DNA of 64,000 bases, taken from NCBI RefSeq assembly GCF_036321535.1, contig NC_087459.1, positions 26,970,001 to 27,034,000 of the forward strand, given 5' to 3'. The DNA comes from Camelus dromedarius. Lineage: Eukaryota. Below are positions 58,999-64,000 of this stretch, piece by piece; positions within the stretch are counted from its first letter, which is position 1; each line of letters begins with the position of its first letter. A program made the translations under genes and the position numbers. The notes below the pieces were generated by a model, which worked only from the letters and a program-made list of their open reading frames with translations, was not told the DNA's origin and made no database searches.

Positions 58999-60719
58999 CT
59001 ACCGGTGGGGGGGCTCTGGCTGCGAGGGCCTAGGGCTCAGCAGAGGGGCTGGGCCTAGGGGGCACCCGGGGGAGCCCTTCAGTGGGGGCACTGGGCGGGA
59101 GTCCAAGGGGGGCAGGCTCCGGGGCACTGCTGGTGGCCCCCGGGCGGCCCCGGTGGGCAGGACAGCTGCAGCGGGGAAGGATTTGGGGGGATCCGCAGCA
59201 GCAGTGGGGGCTGGCTGACCAGACCGCTCCCGACGTCGCAGCAGCTCCTGCAGCTTCTCGGCCTGGGTCCGCCTCAGGTGGGCCAGGGCACGGCCTCGTT
59301 GGAAGGCAGGCAGGAAAGCCTCCAGGCTCTGTTCCCCCAGCAGCAGCTGCTCCATCTGCTCCTGGGACAGGAGAGAAGGGACAGTTTGGGAGGGACATGA
59401 CCAAAGACTGAGGTCTGGTCCTCTCTCCCTCCTACCCTGAATTCCCACCCTGAATCCCTTCCAATGCCAACCACCCCACAGCTTGGGGACTGGCACCAGA
59501 GTTCCTGCCTAGGTCTGCCTCTGACTTGTAGACAAATGTCCTCTACTCAAGCCTTGATTTCCTTACTGTCACCAGACCTGCTAGGTCAGAGAAGAGGCGA
59601 GATCAGAGATGGGGACACACTTGATATAGATTTAGGTGTTTCTCATCGAGGCCAGGGCCAGGGCCCCTCCTGCTCCACCTCCTCCAACTCACTGAGCACT
59701 ATGCTCCCAACCCAGCACTGAAACGTCTGTCCCAGCTCCTCTGTAGACCTCGCCTAAGCCGCCCTGAGACGTTCACAGGGAGCCGGGGGAAAAGGCACAG
59801 GTGAGGATGGCGAGCCCTGTGTCCAGGGCAGATAGCAATGCAGCAGGCTCTAGGGGCCAGGCACTCAGGGCAGGCTTCCTGGAAGAGAGGGACTCTCAAG
59901 CCTGAAGTGTAAGAATTAAGGGGTGGGGGATGATGAGAGGACAGGGCCCTCCCTGTCCCCAGGCCCAGCTGCCCCTCCTCTCACCTCAGCCTCCTGCTCA
60001 GCTTCTTCCAGCTCAGCCTGCAGCCAACCCAGCGCACAGTGGGGGCTCCAGCGGTGCATGCTCTCCTCTGAGGGCCACAGAGGGACAGTGTGAATAGCCC
60101 CTGCACTCAGGGCCTGTCGCCCAGGACAGACAGGCAAGAGCCCTAGGGCCCCATCCTGACTCTTTCAATGACCCTCTGTGTGATTCTACAATTCCCTTCA
60201 GCCTCAGTTTCCTCACCTAAACGATGGCCCACAGGATCAGTTTGTGCGCCTCCCCCCCAGTCCTCGTGCAAAAGAGGAAGCAGGGGCTGTGACTCCTAGA
60301 GCACCGAAGGCCCCTGGGAATTGGACCCCTTCTCCCAGGGTCCCCCTCTGGCCTCTCTAACCCAGCTCTGCTTACTGACTGCTCACTTCCCCACCTCTGG
60401 TGTTCTCCCAGAGTAGCACCCCTCAAACTTGCCCGGGGAAATTGATCTGTCCAAGTCCCACCCTTCAGAGCAGGGCACTTCCCAAGGCCAACCAGCCAGA
60501 TGGCCAACTGCCCCCCACCCCAGGCAGTTGTCCTGCTGTCTCCTCACCCAGTCGCTGCAGCTTGTCCGCACAGCTCTCGGCCACCTCCCGAAGCTCCTGG
60601 TACTTGATGGCCAGTGCAGCGCGGCCCATCTCCAGGCGGGGCCGCAATGCCAGGTTCTCCTTGGCTAGCGCGTAGTTGGAAGCCAGGCACGCCTCGCGCT
60701 CCAGCTGCAGGCCCTGGAA
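58999..60719 (-). CDS. VPS37D: Vacuolar protein sorting 37D (ESCRT-I subunit), exons 2-4; exon 1 not visible
   Basis: Exons 60719-60548, 60067-59985, 59361-58999, GT-AG, in frame: FQGLQLEREACLASNYALAKENLALRPRLEMGR...EESMHRWSPHCALGWLQAELEEAEQEAE-EQMEQLLLGEQSLEAFL...PEPPHR* (Mod(r)-type domain plus Pro-rich tail). Confidence 0.95.
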
Positions 60720-61699
60720 CTGCCGGCAGGGAAGAGCCAAGAGGCCCATTCAGGGAGTCTGACCATGGCCACCTACTGCCACCCTGGGGCCATGGGCCAA
60801 GCCGAAGGCACCCCAATCTCAAGATAGTGAGCCAACAGGTGGAGGGACTGAGCCCAGACTGTGCTTTGCCTCAGTTTCCTCTTCCAGAAAGTGAGCTAAA
60901 AAACGTCTATCTTACAGACTGGTTGTGAGACTTAAGTGCGGAAAACTATGAAGGCCTCTACAAATGTTAGTTAATTTTTAATTTTTCAATTAATATGTCT
61001 GCTCAGGTCCCCGAGGAGTCCCCCTCCCTCCTCTGTCCCATTTTCCATGCATGGGCAGCTTCCCTCTCATTCCAGGCCTTTGTCTGCTTCCTCCTCAGGT
61101 GTTTGTGCTGAAAACACTCCCACCCTCCGCTCTTACTCTCCAGAGTGATGTCTTCACCCTGTCCCTGCATAGCACCCCCTCCAGCCCCCTCTCCTCCCTC
61201 ACACACCCTCCTCTGCTCTCCAGTGGAATCCCCACACCCCAAGGAATACACACCCCCTTTTCCTCCCCGATCCCCTAGCACCTGCTCCCAGCTTTCCTTC
61301 TTTTGCAGAAAGCAGACCCCTTTCTTTCCTGGCCCTGGAGAATGCTCTTTCCTTCTGTTACTAGGAGGGCCAAGCCTTCCCTCTCTGCCCCTGGAGAACG
61401 CACTACCCTCCATCTGTCCCCTATAGGATGCACATGCCCCTCCTGTCTGCCTCCCTCCAGTGTACACTTTCCCTTTCTGCCCCTCCACAGACAGCCAGCC
61501 CAGGCCTATCTCCTGTGAAATATACAACTTTCTCTTATGGTGGCCTATGGAATACACACCTCAGCTTTCAGTACCCCTACCCAACGGAAGACACAAAGAC
61601 CCCTCTTGCACCCCGAGAATACGGACGCCCTCCCAACGGTCCCCCCAGGTGTCAAACAGGCCCCTAGTTTTCCTGTGGAAGGCGCCTCCCCTTTCTGGC

Positions 61700-62520
61700 C
61701 CTACAGAACGTGGGTGTGCGAGCCAGGGCCCCCCACAACACAGCCGGCCCCTGCCTCCCGAACACACCTCCCTGGAGCATCCGCTGTAGGACACGCCTCG
61801 CGGCCATCCCGGGGGTGCACAGGCGCCTCCCTGGGTCTCCGGCGCCCCACCCGCCCCAGGCCGGCTCCGGGCGCCCCCTCCCCCGGGGGCGGCTCCGCTG
61901 GGCCCACTCGTACGTGCCAGGCTCCGGCGGCCCCGAGGCTCGGCCAGTGAGGCCCTTCAGTCGGTCGGCAGGTCCGGCAGGCCGCGGCCCGTCCCCCGCG
62001 CCCCCCGCCTGCNNNNNNNNNNNNNNNNNNNNNNNNNNNNNNNNNNNNNNNNNNNNNNNNNNNNNNNNNNNNNNNNNNNNNNNNNNNNNNNNNNNNNNNN
62101 NNNNNNNNNNNNNNNNNNNNNNNNNNNNNNNNNNNNNNNNNNNNNNNNNNNNNNNNNNNNNNNNNNNNNNNNNNNNNNNNNNNNNNNNNNNNNNNNNNNN
62201 NNNNNNNNNNNNNNNNNNNNNNNNNNNNNNNNNNNNNNNNNNNNNNNNNNNNNNNNCCGGCTCGGGCTCCGACTCCGGCCGCGCGCGCCGCTCCGCCGCC
62301 AGAGGGCGCCCCGCCCCCTCTTAAAGGGGCCGCGGCCGGAGGCTGGGGGTGGGGCGGGGAGGGGGCGGGCCGCACCCCTTCTCTCCCTGGAAGAGCCGCG
62401 TGGCGCCGCGCCTCCCGCACCCGCGGTCGCCTGGCAAACCCATCCTTCTACCGTCGGGATTTGTACAGCCGCCTTTCTCGGCTCCCTCTCTCCTGGCCAT
62501 CATTCATTCACCACGCCCCC
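61700..62520 (-). promoter_or_regulatory. VPS37D CpG-island promoter with consensus CTCF motif
   Basis: CpG-dense flanks of the gap; CCGCCAGAGGGCGC at 62296-62309; GC boxes at 62340-62370. Confidence 0.7.
62013..62256. other. N-gap (244 N) expected to contain VPS37D coding exon 1
   Basis: Run of N flanked by an intron-like GC-rich left side and a 5' UTR-like 'ggagtcggagcccgagccgg' right side (minus strand). Confidence 0.9.
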
Positions 62521-62584
62521 AGGCGTTGACTCTCCCACCCGAGGCGTTTACAGTTTGCAAGGCTGTTTCACATTTACCCCTTGA

Positions 62585-62770
62585 ATTCACACAATTTTCT
62601 GAATTTGGCCGTGAGCCAAGAGCTCCTGCCCAGCTGCTAACTTGGACAAATCATTCTCTTCCCCCGGCCTCAGTTTTCCCTTCTATAAAATGGGGTGATG
62701 ATACACAATGTGAGGAATACTGATAGTGAATGTCCCTTACCTGTAGTTAAGTGGATACCCAATATGAGTT
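62585..62770 (+). mobile_element. MIR SINE
   Basis: 'aacttggacaaatcattctcttcccccggcctcagttttcccttctataaaatggggtgatgata...tgtgaggaat'. Confidence 0.65.
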
Positions 62771-64000
62771 ATTTTAGAGATGAGGAAAGATTTCACAGAG
62801 ATGATGTCACCTCCCCAAAGTCACATTACAGGTAAACGACAGTCTCAGTTCTTCCTATATCCATGGAGCACATGATGCCTCCGTGCTGGGCACTGGACTG
62901 GGCCCTGTGGGAGCATTGTCTCTGCTCTTGGGGAGCTCATGGATGAAGGCAGAGTCACATTCTCACTCAGCTTACTTTAGTACAAAACAGAATGGTGGGT
63001 ATCACTGCTCGATGTCTTCCTTTGTGAGTCCCATGTGATGCCCGAGAATGTCATGTACTTTATCTTCACAACTAGGCTTGGCCAGTGCCATTGTCAGGAA
63101 GCAGACACACAGAGATTGTCACTTGTCTAAAATCAAACAGTAGTGAATGAGCTTTTTCCACTTCACCACACTACTAAGAAAGCACAGAGGTGACACCAGG
63201 GCAATCAGAAAGGCTCACCAGAGGAGGTGATATTGGAGCTGGGTTTTGAGGGATGAATAGGAGTTCTAAAGTTGAAGGAGAAAATAGAGAAACCAAAGAG
63301 AAGTCCATAAGCCAAGGCACAGGGGCTGAAAGAGCCCAACAAGGCCCCCCTCCATCCAACCAGAGCACAGGAGGCATGGTGAAGATGTCTGAGAAAAAGA
63401 CAAAACCGATGGAGTCAGTCAGGCTTGGTGACAGACTGTGAAGGCAATGCTTCTTCCACATTTTTATGGTTACTGAAATTTGATTTTCCCTTTCAAGATT
63501 CAGCTGGAACATCACCACCTCCAAGATGCCCTTTCTCCATCCCCAGGCTGCACTGTGTGCCCCAGAGTCCCTGCTGTCCCTCCATCATGGTCCTGAGTAT
63601 TATCAAGATCCCTTCCACACTTCCCAGTTTCCTGGCTATGATCTCCCTGGTTCTGCTCTGCATCCTCTGGACACTAAGCTTCCAGGGGTCTCCTAGACAC
63701 TCCCCCTGTCCGACCCTCCTTTGGCCCCTCTGAGCAACAGGCCTTCTTCACTCTAAGAAGCGCTGTGGAGATCTGGTGGAAGCTCCTGCCTCAGCTTGTC
63801 CCCTCTCCATCACCAATCCACCTTTGTTCAGTCCAGGGTGTCCTGTGTGGAATGCCCTGTAACAGTCCGATGAAACTTCTCCACACTCCTTGGACCCCCA
63901 GACCCACTTCTGCCCCCTCAATAGGTGACTCCACTGCCATTACATGGAGAAGCTTATGCCACTTTCTGCCCCATCTCTTTGGATCTTCTCTGCACCACAT

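Overview
Mammalian genomic DNA, most likely a camelid (Camelus/Vicugna), judged from six copies of a tRNA-derived Vic-1-type SINE. It is orthologous to the human Williams-Beuren region (7q11.23), in inverted orientation. Gene order: ABHD11 (+, 6 exons, 303 aa); a tail-to-tail antisense BICD-like locus (ABHD11-AS1/BICDL3P position); STX1A (+, 10 exons, 288 aa); BUD23 (-, 12 exons, 280 aa); DNAJC30 (+, single exon, 226 aa, head-to-head with BUD23); VPS37D (-, exons 2-4 visible, exon 1 lost in an N-gap). All exon models were built by hand from GT-AG sites and checked for frame. The rest is ancient repeats (L1, L2, MIR, L3/CR1, MER, MLT2, a MER41-like LTR) and CpG-rich promoters. I saw no rRNA, true tRNA gene or CRISPR array. 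Most notable: (1) the antisense 'lncRNA' locus keeps spliceable, in-frame exons encoding an isolated BICDL-type C-terminal cargo-binding coiled coil, broken by one TAA that an in-frame alternative acceptor could bypass; (2) an RPL39 retrocopy whose CDS is hidden in the first N-gap; (3) an old ~1.2 kb direct duplication downstream of DNAJC30 carrying a poly(A) signal in both copies; (4) a MER41-like solo LTR 1.1 kb upstream of ABHD11; (5) a shifted syntaxin-1C-type acceptor; (6) a CArG+MEF2/TATA cluster in STX1A intron 1. Homologue and repeat-family names come from memory of known sequences, not from database searches.
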